Shown here: positions 10,001 through 18,284 of the stretch, in pieces | How the letters are laid out: every line of letters starts with the position of its first letter | Numbering within the stretch: the stretch's first letter is position 1 | Source: Acidobacteriota bacterium | Lineage (GTDB): Bacteria; Acidobacteriota; Thermoanaerobaculia; Gp7-AA8 | Direction of reading: 5' to 3' | Assembly (NCBI GenBank): GCA_019244185.1 | Contig: JAFATB010000005.1 | Location: 112,684 to 176,683 of the forward strand | Length of the DNA stretch: 64,000 nucleotides | Position numbers and translations under genes: made by a program | The notes under the pieces: generated by a model | Database searches by the model: none | What the model saw: the letters and a program-made list of their open reading frames with translations, nothing else | Told to the model about the DNA's origin: nothing

Positions 10001-10393
10001 ACCGCGCATGTGGTTGTACTCTTTGTACGAGAAACCTCCGCTCAATCGTCCCTCGATCGGGCGACTCTCGAGATCGTCCGCAGCTGCAATCAGCTTGGCG
10101 ATATCCGCCGAGCCGGAACGGCCGGGCAGGAAACGATAGACGTACAAAGCCGCAATCGCCGCGAGCAGCGCCGCAGTTGCAGCCATCCACCAACGCGAGC
10201 GGAAAGGCCGGATTCGAGTGGGCTGAGCCGCGGTGGAGAGCTCGGTCGCCGTCATGAAGACAGAGCGGCACTCGCCGCAAACACTGACGTGTTCGATTGC
10301 CGCGCGGCGGGCGCTCGCGTCCAATGTGCCATCCGCTAAGCCGGCGAGGGTCTCCGGGTCGAGATGATTGGACGGTTCGGTGAGAGTGCTCAT
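7046..10393 (-). CDS. zf-HC2 anti-sigma / TM / TPR / CHAT (caspase-like) domain protein
   Basis: N-term HLDPETLAGLADG...HVSVCGEC (HxxxCxxC), TM WWMAATAALLAAIAALYVY, TPR-like WNRALAL, CHAT motifs LVLVPD, IHLIGH (His), LVVLANC (Cys), AFLAAGA, WGALRVLG. Confidence 0.9.
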   Translation of the reverse strand: MSTLTEPSNHLDPETLAGLADGTLDASARRAAIEHVSVCGECRSVFMTATELSTAAQPTRIRPFRSRWWMAATAALLAAIAALYVYRFLPGRSGSADIAKLIAAADDLESRPIEGRLSGGFSYKEYNHMRGGEGGQDGSDKGDEHRWALMAAAADIRHAADAHATPKNLHAVGVAELLLGDPRAAVTTLEKALTRETHQSSISAAITASQDATLLNDLSAAYSARALYTRARTDDLAAAECVQRAWNLEHSPPIAWNRALALTAVGLQEDAKVAWADYLRLDPQSPWATEARQKLSDLNEPTSSSSWDGGALLARAIARSDAAAIARLVAEHPRQMRDAAEARIVDGADSDDFALRTAAATFERRGDAFLAAALADLRRNGSAGAASGLQELRQGQQLQKTDVQRAATLLEAASEHLRAYTRLEWLSRLATARAQWYCARYDVALREIARVRGSPAYDAKRYPTLDARLSWIEGLAYVASDRAGAAGRPYASALAQLTKAGETDTIAALQAMIAERASYLRAADDGWGARIEGIAGLYRAGDHDRLHVSLQEMLQSLLRDDQHPRLAVAVASRLKTIANVSGDPTAIADADLWYAVAMHRSGARGRAEAAFRRASYAATAIADPSTRERAVENYDAVLARTIAATEPAIAMTAANRYLGRTARRSDTFRVADVFLARGIAHQQLRDSHAARADFRTALRYVEQQRRELLNPVERISYLDVAAEASQRLLGELSRDGEWGEALIVAEHSRARLLAERRNVAPQNDARAIAAQVPANTALLEWAVLPDALLVWCVTSNDVIGVRIAAPTETVAAAVHRVATCMAQLSLPCEGAVADLHDLLLPLALRARVGPNEMLVLVPDAAFDDEVPFSALYDRSRGEYLIEQHAAIVAPSAAVALSGAAASSARDTVLVVAERAAGGDRQLTPLASADAEARGVIGAYPRSTSFYDRQATQDVIRAAATDADVIHLIGHSKPATSADDGPGFALGAQETTLSPETVGSWTLRRQPLVVLANCRTATGKTRRAEGSLSLARAFLAAGAGAVVAPLYDIDDTFAATFFSSFHRRIRGGMTAADALRGTQLQYLHSPSPLRRRPQYWGALRVLGPIERRLPAQTISA

Positions 10394-11292
10394 GGAATTG
10401 CGCCCTCCCCTTTTGTGACCTTCGCCCCTCCGGAAGTCCCACTCGTTGTGGGAGGCCCACCTACGGGATTGGTGGGACGGAAGGCATGGATTTCCCCACC
10501 ATGGGAAAAGAAATCGAAGTGGATGTCCGTGTCGCCGCGATCGAGAAGCGTGGCGACATCGCTCCTTGCGACGCCAGCCCGCTCGAGCGTGCGTCGCATC
10601 GTCCCGTAAAGCCGGTCCAGTCGCTTATAGAGGCGCTTCTGTTCGATGTGCAGCCTTTGCGCGATGTCGGGCACTTTCAGGGCGTGCCAGAAGCGCATCT
10701 GCAGGATGAGGCGGTCCTCGGCGTCGAGAGTGCCGAGGAGCTCGTCGATGGCGCGGGCGGCGGTGCGGGCGGCGCGTTCGCGCTCATGGATCTCGACGCG
10801 TTCGTCGGCGCCGGCGTCGACGGCGGGCGCGTCGGCGCTCACCTCTTCCGAGACGATCGTCGGGCGGGGGGTGCGGGGCGGGAGGCGGACGTAGATCGCC
10901 TCGAGCTCGCAGGCGGTGTATTGCGAGCCGGCCGGGGTGGTCAATACCTTGACCGCCTCGTCGAACGTGTAGCCGTCGCGGGTGACGAGGCGTTCCAGCG
11001 TAATGGCCTTGTCGCCGAGGCGTTTGGCTTCGGCGGAGGGGCGCCATTTCCCCCAGCGTTCGACGCGCCATTGATGCGCGAGGCGGGCGATCACGGTCGT
11101 GAGGTAGGTCGAAAACGAGCTGCGGCCCTCGAACTTGCGGATGACGGCGTAGTCGTCGTCGAGGAGGCGGACGCGGACCTCCTGCATGAACTCGAGGGTC
11201 TCGTCGCGGTTGAGATGGTCCCGGCGCGCGACGAAGGCGGCGATGCGCTCGATCGTGCCAAGGTGCTCGAGGTACGTCTCTTCCGCGTTCAT
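10390..11292 (-). CDS. ECF-type sigma-70 family RNA polymerase sigma factor
   Basis: Region 2 IRKFEGRSSFSTYLTTVIAR; region 4 LDAEDRLILQMRFWHALKVPDIAQRL...LYKRLDR; ATGA overlap with anti-sigma/CHAT gene. Confidence 0.88.
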   Translation of the reverse strand: MNAEETYLEHLGTIERIAAFVARRDHLNRDETLEFMQEVRVRLLDDDYAVIRKFEGRSSFSTYLTTVIARLAHQWRVERWGKWRPSAEAKRLGDKAITLERLVTRDGYTFDEAVKVLTTPAGSQYTACELEAIYVRLPPRTPRPTIVSEEVSADAPAVDAGADERVEIHERERAARTAARAIDELLGTLDAEDRLILQMRFWHALKVPDIAQRLHIEQKRLYKRLDRLYGTMRRTLERAGVARSDVATLLDRGDTDIHFDFFSHGGEIHAFRPTNPVGGPPTTSGTSGGAKVTKGEGAIP

Positions 11293-11437
11293 CGGACCCA
11301 GTGACGCTTAGGCGTCTTACGCAGCCGCGGCGAGCCGCGGGACCTATAGATTTCGGGAACGCCGTCAGTCTAACAGGATCGGTGAGGAACGGAAGGTCGG
11401 ACGCGGCGGACGGAACGTCCACCGTGTCCGAAAGTTT

Positions 11438-11728
11438 TTAGCCGCGGCCTTTGCGGGTGCTTGCGACGTCGTCAGTGCCGTCGAGCCGCTCGACCTGCTG
11501 CTTGCCGCCGAGGCCGTCGTGCGCGGCCTCGCGCGTCTGGCGCTCGTCGAGTTTCGCGCCGGTGCGCTGCGACTCCCACTGTTCGGTGGTCAGTCCGCGC
11601 GGGCGTTCCGCGGCGTCGCCCTGGTACAGGTTGCCTTTCACGATATGGATGACACGGTCACCTTTGACGCGCGTCTTGCGGTCCGGCGAGCCGGCTTTCG
11701 GATCGGGACCGCGTTGGTCGTCTCTCAT
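11438..11728 (-). CDS. small hydrophilic hypothetical protein
   Basis: GGAGG RBS before ATG 11728; 96 aa, charged, no recognised motif. Confidence 0.55.
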   Translation of the reverse strand: MRDDQRGPDPKAGSPDRKTRVKGDRVIHIVKGNLYQGDAAERPRGLTTEQWESQRTGAKLDERQTREAAHDGLGGKQQVERLDGTDDVASTRKGRG

Positions 11729-11785
11729 GGTTGCCTCCGCCTTCGGAAGAGCAAAGGACATGCACGGTGGACGCGAAAAAGAAAC

Positions 11786-11815
11786 TTGACATCATCCCGA
11801 TTAGACTTATTCTAA
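11786..11815 (+). promoter_or_regulatory. sigma70 promoter overlapped by a Fur/PerR-type inverted repeat
   Basis: TTGACA (11786-11791), 16-nt spacer, TATTCT (11808-11813); palindrome TTAGA-CTTAT-TCTAA (11801-11815) covers the -10. Confidence 0.75.
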
Positions 11816-11820
11816 ATTTC

Positions 11821-12243
11821 GTGAACGTCAAACATGAGCCCGGCGAGCAGTTGCGCGAGCATGGCATCCAGCCTTCCGCGCAGCGCGTGGCGGTGGCGGA
11901 TTACGTCCTGCGCACGCTGGAGCATCCGTCCGCCGACCTCGTCTGGAAGCGGGTCAAAGAGAAGTTCCCGTGGATCTCCCGCGCGACGGTCTACAACACG
12001 CTGAACCTCTTCGTCGACAAGGGCCTGCTGCAGCGCCTGACCATCGCCGAGGACTGCGTGATCTTCGACCCGATCACGGAGACGCACCATCACTTCATCG
12101 ACGAGTCCACCGGCGCGATCCACGACGTGCCGTGGGAGCGCGTGCAGGTCTGCAACATCGAGTCGCTGCGCGAGTACGACGTCCACGACTACCAGGTGGT
12201 GATGCGCGGCAAGCTCCGCCGCACGCCGAAACGCACCAAGTGA
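11821..12243 (+). CDS. Fur/PerR family transcriptional repressor
   Basis: LREHGIQPSAQR, HPSADLV, SRATVYNTLNLF, HHHFID; GTG start at 11821 just after the promoter. Confidence 0.9.
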   Translation: MNVKHEPGEQLREHGIQPSAQRVAVADYVLRTLEHPSADLVWKRVKEKFPWISRATVYNTLNLFVDKGLLQRLTIAEDCVIFDPITETHHHFIDESTGAIHDVPWERVQVCNIESLREYDVHDYQVVMRGKLRRTPKRTK

Positions 12244-12295
12244 ATCACCCGCCCGGCCCCGCGCCGGGCACAGTACGCAAAAGGAGAAGATCAAG

Positions 12296-12832
12296 ATGTT
12301 GACTGTTGGAGACAAGTTTCCCGAGTTCAAGGTGACGGCGAACGTCGGCCGCGAAAAAGGCAAAGAGTTCAAGGACGTCACGAACAAGGACTTCGCCGGC
12401 AAGTGGCTGGTCTTTTACGCCTATCCGAAGGATTTCACCTTCATCTGCCCGACGGAGATCGTCGAGTTCGGCCGCCACACGAATGATTTCGCCGACCGCG
12501 ACGCCGTCGTTCTCGGCGGCTCGACCGACAACGAGTTCTCGCACCTCGCGTGGCGCAACGCGCATCCGGACCTCGCCGACATGCCCACTCCGCTCGTGCA
12601 CATCAACCCGAAGCTCGCCAACGAGCTCGGCATCGTGCACAAGGAAGGCGGCGTCGCGCTGCGCGTGACGTTCGTCGTCGATCCGGACGGCATCATCCGC
12701 TCGGTCAGCGCGTACGACCTCTCGGTCGGCCGCAACGTCGGCGAAGTGCTCCGCACCCTCGACGCCCTTCAGACCGACGAGCTTTGCCCCTGCAACTGGC
12801 AGAAGGGCGAAGACACGATCAAGGTGGCGTAG
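12296..12832 (+). CDS. ahpC: peroxiredoxin AhpC
   Basis: YPKDFTFICPTE, GRNVGEVLRTLDALQTDELCPCNW; AGGAG RBS. Confidence 0.95.
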   Translation: MLTVGDKFPEFKVTANVGREKGKEFKDVTNKDFAGKWLVFYAYPKDFTFICPTEIVEFGRHTNDFADRDAVVLGGSTDNEFSHLAWRNAHPDLADMPTPLVHINPKLANELGIVHKEGGVALRVTFVVDPDGIIRSVSAYDLSVGRNVGEVLRTLDALQTDELCPCNWQKGEDTIKVA

Positions 12833-12834
12833 CG

Positions 12835-13383
12835 ATGAGCGCCGCGATGGAAGAGCTGCGCGCCGGAATCCCCGATGCCGCGCGCGACATCAAGCTGAAC
12901 CTGCAGAGCGTTCTGCAGCAGAGCTCTCTCACGCCGGCGCAGCGGTGGGGCGTGGCGATCGCTTCGGCGGTCGCCACCCACAACGCGCGTCTGCGCGATG
13001 CGCTCGTGGCCGACGCGAAACAGGAAGTCGGTCCAGAGGTCATCGATGATGCGCTCGCGTCGGCGGCGCTCATGGCCATGAACAACGTGTACTACCGCTT
13101 CCGCCACATGATCGCGAAGGAGTCGTACGAGCGGATGCCGGCGCGGCTGCGCATGCAGCGCATCGCTCGTCCCGCATCGAACAAGCCGGACTTCGAACTG
13201 TTCTGCCTCGCCGTCAGCGCGATCAACGGCTGCGAGATGTGCATCCGCTCGCACGAGCAGGCGGTGCTGCAGGGCGGGCTGACGGAGGAGCAGGTCCACG
13301 ACGCCGTACGCGTCGCGGCGGTCGTCAACGCCGCGGCCATCGCGATCGAGTTGCCCGCCGACGTCGCCGCTCCGGTCGCGTAA
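12835..13383 (+). CDS. ahpD: alkyl hydroperoxide reductase AhpD
   Basis: ARDIKLNL, MAMNNVYYRFRH, AVSAINGCEMCIRSHE; follows ahpC. Confidence 0.93.
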   Translation: MSAAMEELRAGIPDAARDIKLNLQSVLQQSSLTPAQRWGVAIASAVATHNARLRDALVADAKQEVGPEVIDDALASAALMAMNNVYYRFRHMIAKESYERMPARLRMQRIARPASNKPDFELFCLAVSAINGCEMCIRSHEQAVLQGGLTEEQVHDAVRVAAVVNAAAIAIELPADVAAPVA

Positions 13384-13395
13384 CGCGCGGCACGC

Positions 13396-13788
13396 TCAGC
13401 GCGTCACGCGGATGTTGTTCTCGACTTCCCGCACGCCGCGCACCGACTCCGCGAGATCCTCGGCCAGCCGCTTCGCGTGGCGTTCGTTGACGCTGCCCGT
13501 GAGGACGACCACGCCACCGCTGACCGACACTTCGATGTCGGTCGCGTCGACGTCGTCGTCATCCGCGAGCCGCTCGCAGATGTCCTCGCGGATGCGGTCG
13601 TCGCCTCGCTGATAGTTCTTCGGGCCGCGCCCGCGGTACGACGGGCGCGCGCCGCGATCGTCGGCGTGGCCGACGTTCCAGCTGCGATCGTTCTCGAGAT
13701 CGCGATAGCCGCGCGGCCCCGGCGTGTAGTCGAAGCCCTCGCCTTCATAGCCGAACATGCCGCGGTTCGGCGTGCGGTCGATTCCCAT
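13396..13788 (-). CDS. BON domain protein
   Basis: GRGPKNYQRGDDRIREDICERL...IEVSVSGGVVVLTGSV...VRGVREVENNI; GGAGG RBS. Confidence 0.88.
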   Translation of the reverse strand: MGIDRTPNRGMFGYEGEGFDYTPGPRGYRDLENDRSWNVGHADDRGARPSYRGRGPKNYQRGDDRIREDICERLADDDDVDATDIEVSVSGGVVVLTGSVNERHAKRLAEDLAESVRGVREVENNIRVTR

Positions 13789-13833
13789 CGGAACACCTCC
13801 TGCCCGCGAAGCGAGAGCAACTAAAATGCCGCC

Positions 13834-14226
13834 ATGTGCCGCTGGTGCAAAGGGGCGGTGAGCGGGCGCAGGCGGACGTTCTGTTCCGACGCGTGCGTGC
13901 ACGAGTGGCGGCTGCGGTCGAGCCCGTCGTATCTGCGCGACTGCGTCTTCGCGCGCGACCGCGGCGTGTGCGCGCTCTGCGGCATCGACACGGAAGCTGA
14001 GCGCCGGCGCATCGCGCGCATGCCGTTCGGCACGCGGATGCGCGAGCTGCGCATGCTGCAGGAGCACGGCCTCATTCATTGCGGCCGCAAATCGTGGTGG
14101 GAGGCGGATCACATCATGCCGGTGGTCGAAGGCGGCGACTCGAATCTCGAGAATTTGCGGACGCTCTGCATCCCCTGCCACCGCGGCGTGACGACGGAAC
14201 TACGGCTGCGACGAGCGATCAGATGA
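13834..14226 (+). CDS. HNH endonuclease
   Basis: CRWC...FCSDAC zinc motif, RDRGVCALCG, WEADHIMPVVEGG...NLRTLCIPCH. Confidence 0.85.
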   Translation: MCRWCKGAVSGRRRTFCSDACVHEWRLRSSPSYLRDCVFARDRGVCALCGIDTEAERRRIARMPFGTRMRELRMLQEHGLIHCGRKSWWEADHIMPVVEGGDSNLENLRTLCIPCHRGVTTELRLRRAIR

Positions 14227-14827
14227 CCACGCGCGTCGCGATCGTCGCCGCCTCGAGCGAGCGCACGATCGCCTGCGCGATCTTCCGTCCGCCGCGTCCT
14301 GACGGTTCGATCGGATTCGCGTAGTCCGAGGGCTCCGTGCAGACGAGACGCAGCTCGATGACCGGCAACGCGTGCGCGACCGCGGTGCGCAGGATGACGT
14401 CGTTGAAGAGCAGCAGCGCGATGCGCGCCTCCGCCGGCGGCAGGTTGCCATTGTAGATCGTGCAGAGCGTCACCGGCTTCTTCGCGCGCAGCGCCGTTCC
14501 CACCATCGCCACGTACTCCTTCTCGAATACTTCGCTGCGTTTCCGAAAAATCTCCAGCGCCTCGGTCGTCGATTGCACCGGCAGCGCGAGGAGATCCGTG
14601 TTGCCGAGGGCGTCGTTGCCGCCGGCGGAGATCACGAGGTGCGTGGCGTCGACGGGGACGCGGCGCAGTTGCGCGGAAACGTTCGCGACGACCGCGCCGT
14701 CGACGGCGAGCAGCGTCGCGGTATGGGAGCGCGGCAGGAGCTCGCGCAGGTGCGTGACGACGTCGGGCTCGCCGCGCGTGTAGGACCCGTTGTCGAAGAT
14801 GGAGTCGCCGAGGAGGATGACGTGCAT
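14219..14827 (-). CDS. SGNH/GDSL hydrolase family protein
   Basis: VILLGDSIFDNG, SAGGNDAL, DYANPIEPS. Confidence 0.85.
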   Translation of the reverse strand: MHVILLGDSIFDNGSYTRGEPDVVTHLRELLPRSHTATLLAVDGAVVANVSAQLRRVPVDATHLVISAGGNDALGNTDLLALPVQSTTEALEIFRKRSEVFEKEYVAMVGTALRAKKPVTLCTIYNGNLPPAEARIALLLFNDVILRTAVAHALPVIELRLVCTEPSDYANPIEPSGRGGRKIAQAIVRSLEAATIATRVVI

Positions 14828-14845
14828 GGTGTGCGACGATAGGTC

Positions 14846-16117
14846 GTGAGCAAGGAGCGTGCGCTGCGCGCGGCGATGGGGACGGCGGTGGCGTTGCGCG
14901 TCGTGCTCGCGCTCGTCGCGTGGCGCTCGCACGGCACGACCGCGTTTCTCGCGGTGGACTCCGCGACGTACCTCGCGCCGGCGATGTCGATCGCGACGCA
15001 TGGCGCGTTCGAAAATGCGAACGGACAGGCGGAGCTCTTCCGCACGCCGGGCTATCCGCTGCTGCTCGCGTTTGGATTGATCGCGGGGCATCCGCTGCTC
15101 GTGCCGCTGGCGACGCAGGTCTTGCTCTCCGCGCTGCTCGTCGCGCTGACGTACGCGCTCGCGCGGGAGCTGTTCGACGAGCGCGCGGCGCGGCTTTGCG
15201 CGTGGATCGCGGCGATCGAGCCGACGATGCTGCTCTGGTCGGTGAAGCTGATGCCGGAGACGCTGTTCACGTGCGCGCTCGTGGCGTTCGTGTACGCCGC
15301 GATTCGCGCGCTGGCAACGCGCGACGCGCGTTGGACCCTCGCGAGCGCGCTGGCGTTGTGCGCGGCGATTTACGTGAAGCCGATCGCGTATCCGCTGGCG
15401 TTCGTCGTCGTACTCGCGGCGCTGTTCGTAACCGCGAGGCACGCGCTCGTGTTTCTCGCAATGTGCATGCTGCTGCTCGCGCCATGGCACGTGCGCAATT
15501 ACGCGCGCGCGCGGTACGCCGGCTTCACGACGCTCATGGATCACGCGGTCTATCTCTCCGCGGGCGGCTCCGTCGCGGCGCGGCAGCAGCACGAATCGTT
15601 CGTGGCGATGCGGCAACGGATGCTCGCGGACGCGGCGCGCATCGACGGCCCGGCGCGCTACGCGACGATGCGGCGCGACGGGCTCGCGCTCGTCCGCACC
15701 GATCCGTTCGGCTACGCGCGCACGCACGTCGCGGGCATGCTGCGCACGCTCTTCGATCCCGGCGCGGTCGAATACGCTCGCCTCTTCGGCGCGTATCCGG
15801 AGAACGGCGGCGCACTCGCGGGCATCGTCGATCGTGGACTCGCGCGCGGCGCGCTCGCGTTTGCACGCGCGCGGCCGGCGCTGTTCGCGGCGGCCCTCGC
15901 GCTTGCGTTGCTGCTCGCGCCGCTCGTGCTGCTGCCACTCCTCGGCATCGCGCGCGATCGACGCGTACCGTTGGTGTTCGTCGCGCTGGTCGTCGCGTAT
16001 CTCGTCGTCGCGAGCGGCGGCGTGCCGGGGTCGAGCCGCTTCCGCGCGCCGATGGTGCCGCTGCTCGCGCTGCTCTCCGGCGCGGCGCTGCGCGATCGGG
16101 TTACACTCCAAAACTGA
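14846..16117 (+). CDS. GT-C fold (ArnT/PMT-like) membrane glycosyltransferase
   Basis: DSATY, RTPGYPLLL, MPETLF, PWHVRNY, SRFRAP; many TM helices. Confidence 0.75.
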   Translation: MSKERALRAAMGTAVALRVVLALVAWRSHGTTAFLAVDSATYLAPAMSIATHGAFENANGQAELFRTPGYPLLLAFGLIAGHPLLVPLATQVLLSALLVALTYALARELFDERAARLCAWIAAIEPTMLLWSVKLMPETLFTCALVAFVYAAIRALATRDARWTLASALALCAAIYVKPIAYPLAFVVVLAALFVTARHALVFLAMCMLLLAPWHVRNYARARYAGFTTLMDHAVYLSAGGSVAARQQHESFVAMRQRMLADAARIDGPARYATMRRDGLALVRTDPFGYARTHVAGMLRTLFDPGAVEYARLFGAYPENGGALAGIVDRGLARGALAFARARPALFAAALALALLLAPLVLLPLLGIARDRRVPLVFVALVVAYLVVASGGVPGSSRFRAPMVPLLALLSGAALRDRVTLQN

Positions 16118-17235
16118 TGATCCTGCTCCTCGCCGCGCTGCTGCTCACGACCGCGGTGTGCGTCGTCGGCGGCTACGCGGCCTGGCTGCTCACGGCGCCG
16201 CGACCGCGCGCGCAGCGAGCCGCGGCGCACGAGTTGCCGCACGTGCTCATCGTCGTGCCGGTGTTCGACGAGGCGGCGCTCATCGAGCGGAAGCTGGAGA
16301 ACCTCGCCGCCCTCACCTACGCGCCGAAGAGTGTGGTCCTCGTCGACGGCGGCTCGTCCGACGGCAGCGTCGAGCGCATCGCGCGCTGGATCGACGGCCG
16401 CGACGACTTCGCGCTGCTCGCGACGAACCTCCGCGACAAGACCGCGCAGATCAACGAGGCGCTGCGCGTCCACCGCGGAGCCGAATGGATCCTCGCCACG
16501 GACGCCGACGCGTTGCTCGCGCCGAACGCGCTCGACGAGCTCGTCGCCGTCGCGGCGTCCGACGCGTCCATCGGGGTCGTCGGCACGCGTGTGCGTCCCG
16601 CGTCCGCGCACGCGCTCGAGGCATTGCACTGGCGCGCGACGGACTGGCTGCGCGAGCGCGAGTCGGCGCGCGGTTCGGCCGGCATCGTCGCCGCGCCGTG
16701 CTATCTCGCGCGACGTGCACTGCTCGCCGATTTGCCGTCCGACACGATTGCCGACGACGTCCACGTCGCTTGTCGCGCGATGAGCGAAGGGCTGCGCGTC
16801 GGCCACGGCGCGACGCTCGTCGTCGAGCTGCGCTCGCCGCGCACGCTGCGCGCGCTCCTGCGCCACAAGTACCGCAAGGCCGACGCGTATCTCCGCGAGA
16901 TCTTCCGCTTCCTCCCGCGCGCGCGGCAGTTGCCCGCGGTGTTCCTCTGGCGCGCGGCGCTGCTGACGCTCGTGCCGCTCCTCGCCACGCTCGCCGGCGT
17001 CGCGCTCGTCGTCGACGCCGCGCAACGCGCGTACGCGACCGACGCCGCCGCGCTGCTGACGATCGCGCTCGCATTCGCGCTGCTCTTCACCGCGCGTCCG
17101 CTGCGTCATGCCGCGCGCTTCGCCGCACTCGCGTTTCTCCTCATCGCGGTCTCGGCGGCGGCACTCCTCGCCTATCCGTGGTCGCGGCAGATCGCATCGT
17201 TCCCCAAAATCCTGTCGTCCGACGAGCTCTCATGA
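16117..17235 (+). CDS. glycosyltransferase family 2
   Basis: IVVPVFDE, VDGGSSDGS, TDADA (DxD), ADD; TGATG overlap with upstream gene. Confidence 0.85.
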   Translation: MILLLAALLLTTAVCVVGGYAAWLLTAPRPRAQRAAAHELPHVLIVVPVFDEAALIERKLENLAALTYAPKSVVLVDGGSSDGSVERIARWIDGRDDFALLATNLRDKTAQINEALRVHRGAEWILATDADALLAPNALDELVAVAASDASIGVVGTRVRPASAHALEALHWRATDWLRERESARGSAGIVAAPCYLARRALLADLPSDTIADDVHVACRAMSEGLRVGHGATLVVELRSPRTLRALLRHKYRKADAYLREIFRFLPRARQLPAVFLWRAALLTLVPLLATLAGVALVVDAAQRAYATDAAALLTIALAFALLFTARPLRHAARFAALAFLLIAVSAAALLAYPWSRQIASFPKILSSDELS

Positions 17236-18254
17236 AAAATCGCGACAAGCTGCGCATCGGCGGCAGCATCCTCGCCTCGAAACTCACCGGCCGCCCGCGG
17301 CCGTTCTTCGTGCAGTACTCGCTGCTCAACGCCTGCAACGCGTCGTGCGGCTACTGCAACTGCCCGCAGCGCGAAGATCCGCGCGCCGATCTCGCCACGC
17401 ATCTCCGCACGCTCGCCGACTTCTCCCGGCTCGGCGCCGTCCGCATCAAGTTCCTCGGCGGCGAGCCGCTGCTCCACGGCGACATCGCGCAGCTCGTCGA
17501 CGTCACGAAACAACACGGCATGCGCGCGGCGATGGTCACGAACGGCTTCCTCATCCCGCAGAAGATGGACGTCGTGCGCCGTCTCGACGAGGTCGTGATC
17601 TCGATCGACGGCAGCGAGGCCGCGCACGACGCGCAACGCGGCCGCGGCACGTGGAAGAAAGTCATGAACGCGATCGATGCGTGCGCCGCCGAGGGGCTCG
17701 ACTTTTTTCTCAGCGCCGTCGTCACGCGCGACACCGTTGGCGAGATCGACTGGCTGCTCGACACCGCGCGCCGCTACCGCGTGATGGTCAACTTCCAGAT
17801 CCCGCAGTTCAACCCGGAGATGTACGGCAGCGGCGCGAAATCCTGGATGCCGATGCCCGACGAGATCCGCAACGTGATCGCGCGCATCATCGCCGCGAAA
17901 GAAGACGGCGCGCCGGTGCTCTTCTCGACGCGCTCGTACGGCCGCACGCTGCAGTGGGAAGACTTCTCGCGCGAGCGCGACGAGCGCAGCGGCGAGGCCT
18001 CGCCGTGCACCGCGGGCAAGTACTTTCTGCAGCTCGAGCCGAACGGCGACATCTATCCGTGCGTCCTGCAGATCGGCTCGTTCCAGCCGAAGAACGCGTT
18101 CCGCGACGGCGTCGAAACGGCGTGGCGTCACGCGTCCGCGCATTCGTGCTTCAGCTGCTACAACACGTGGCTGAACGAGAACCGCGGCATCTTCGAGCTG
18201 CATCCGTCGATCCTGCTGAACTTTTGGCAAAACTATCTCCGCGCGCGCGGCTGA
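17232..18254 (+). CDS. radical SAM protein with SPASM/twitch-like C-terminus
   Basis: CNASCGYC (CxxxCxxC), GGEPLL, TNG, ISIDG, CTAG...GDIYPC...CFSC; ATGA overlap. Confidence 0.9.
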   Translation: MKNRDKLRIGGSILASKLTGRPRPFFVQYSLLNACNASCGYCNCPQREDPRADLATHLRTLADFSRLGAVRIKFLGGEPLLHGDIAQLVDVTKQHGMRAAMVTNGFLIPQKMDVVRRLDEVVISIDGSEAAHDAQRGRGTWKKVMNAIDACAAEGLDFFLSAVVTRDTVGEIDWLLDTARRYRVMVNFQIPQFNPEMYGSGAKSWMPMPDEIRNVIARIIAAKEDGAPVLFSTRSYGRTLQWEDFSRERDERSGEASPCTAGKYFLQLEPNGDIYPCVLQIGSFQPKNAFRDGVETAWRHASAHSCFSCYNTWLNENRGIFELHPSILLNFWQNYLRARG

Positions 18255-18284
18255 TGCGCGCGACGATGTTTATCCTCGCGCCGG

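Noticed and set aside
12251-12269. Hairpin GCCCGGC-N5-GCCGGGC between perR and ahpC
   Set aside because: Short GC stem without U-tract; expected by chance at this GC content
12296-13383. Further selenoproteins among ahpC/ahpD
   Set aside because: Their catalytic Cys are ordinary TGC codons; no in-frame TGA
13834-14226. HNH gene as homing endonuclease, prophage or defence island
   Set aside because: Stand-alone, host-like composition, no intron, phage or restriction-modification neighbours
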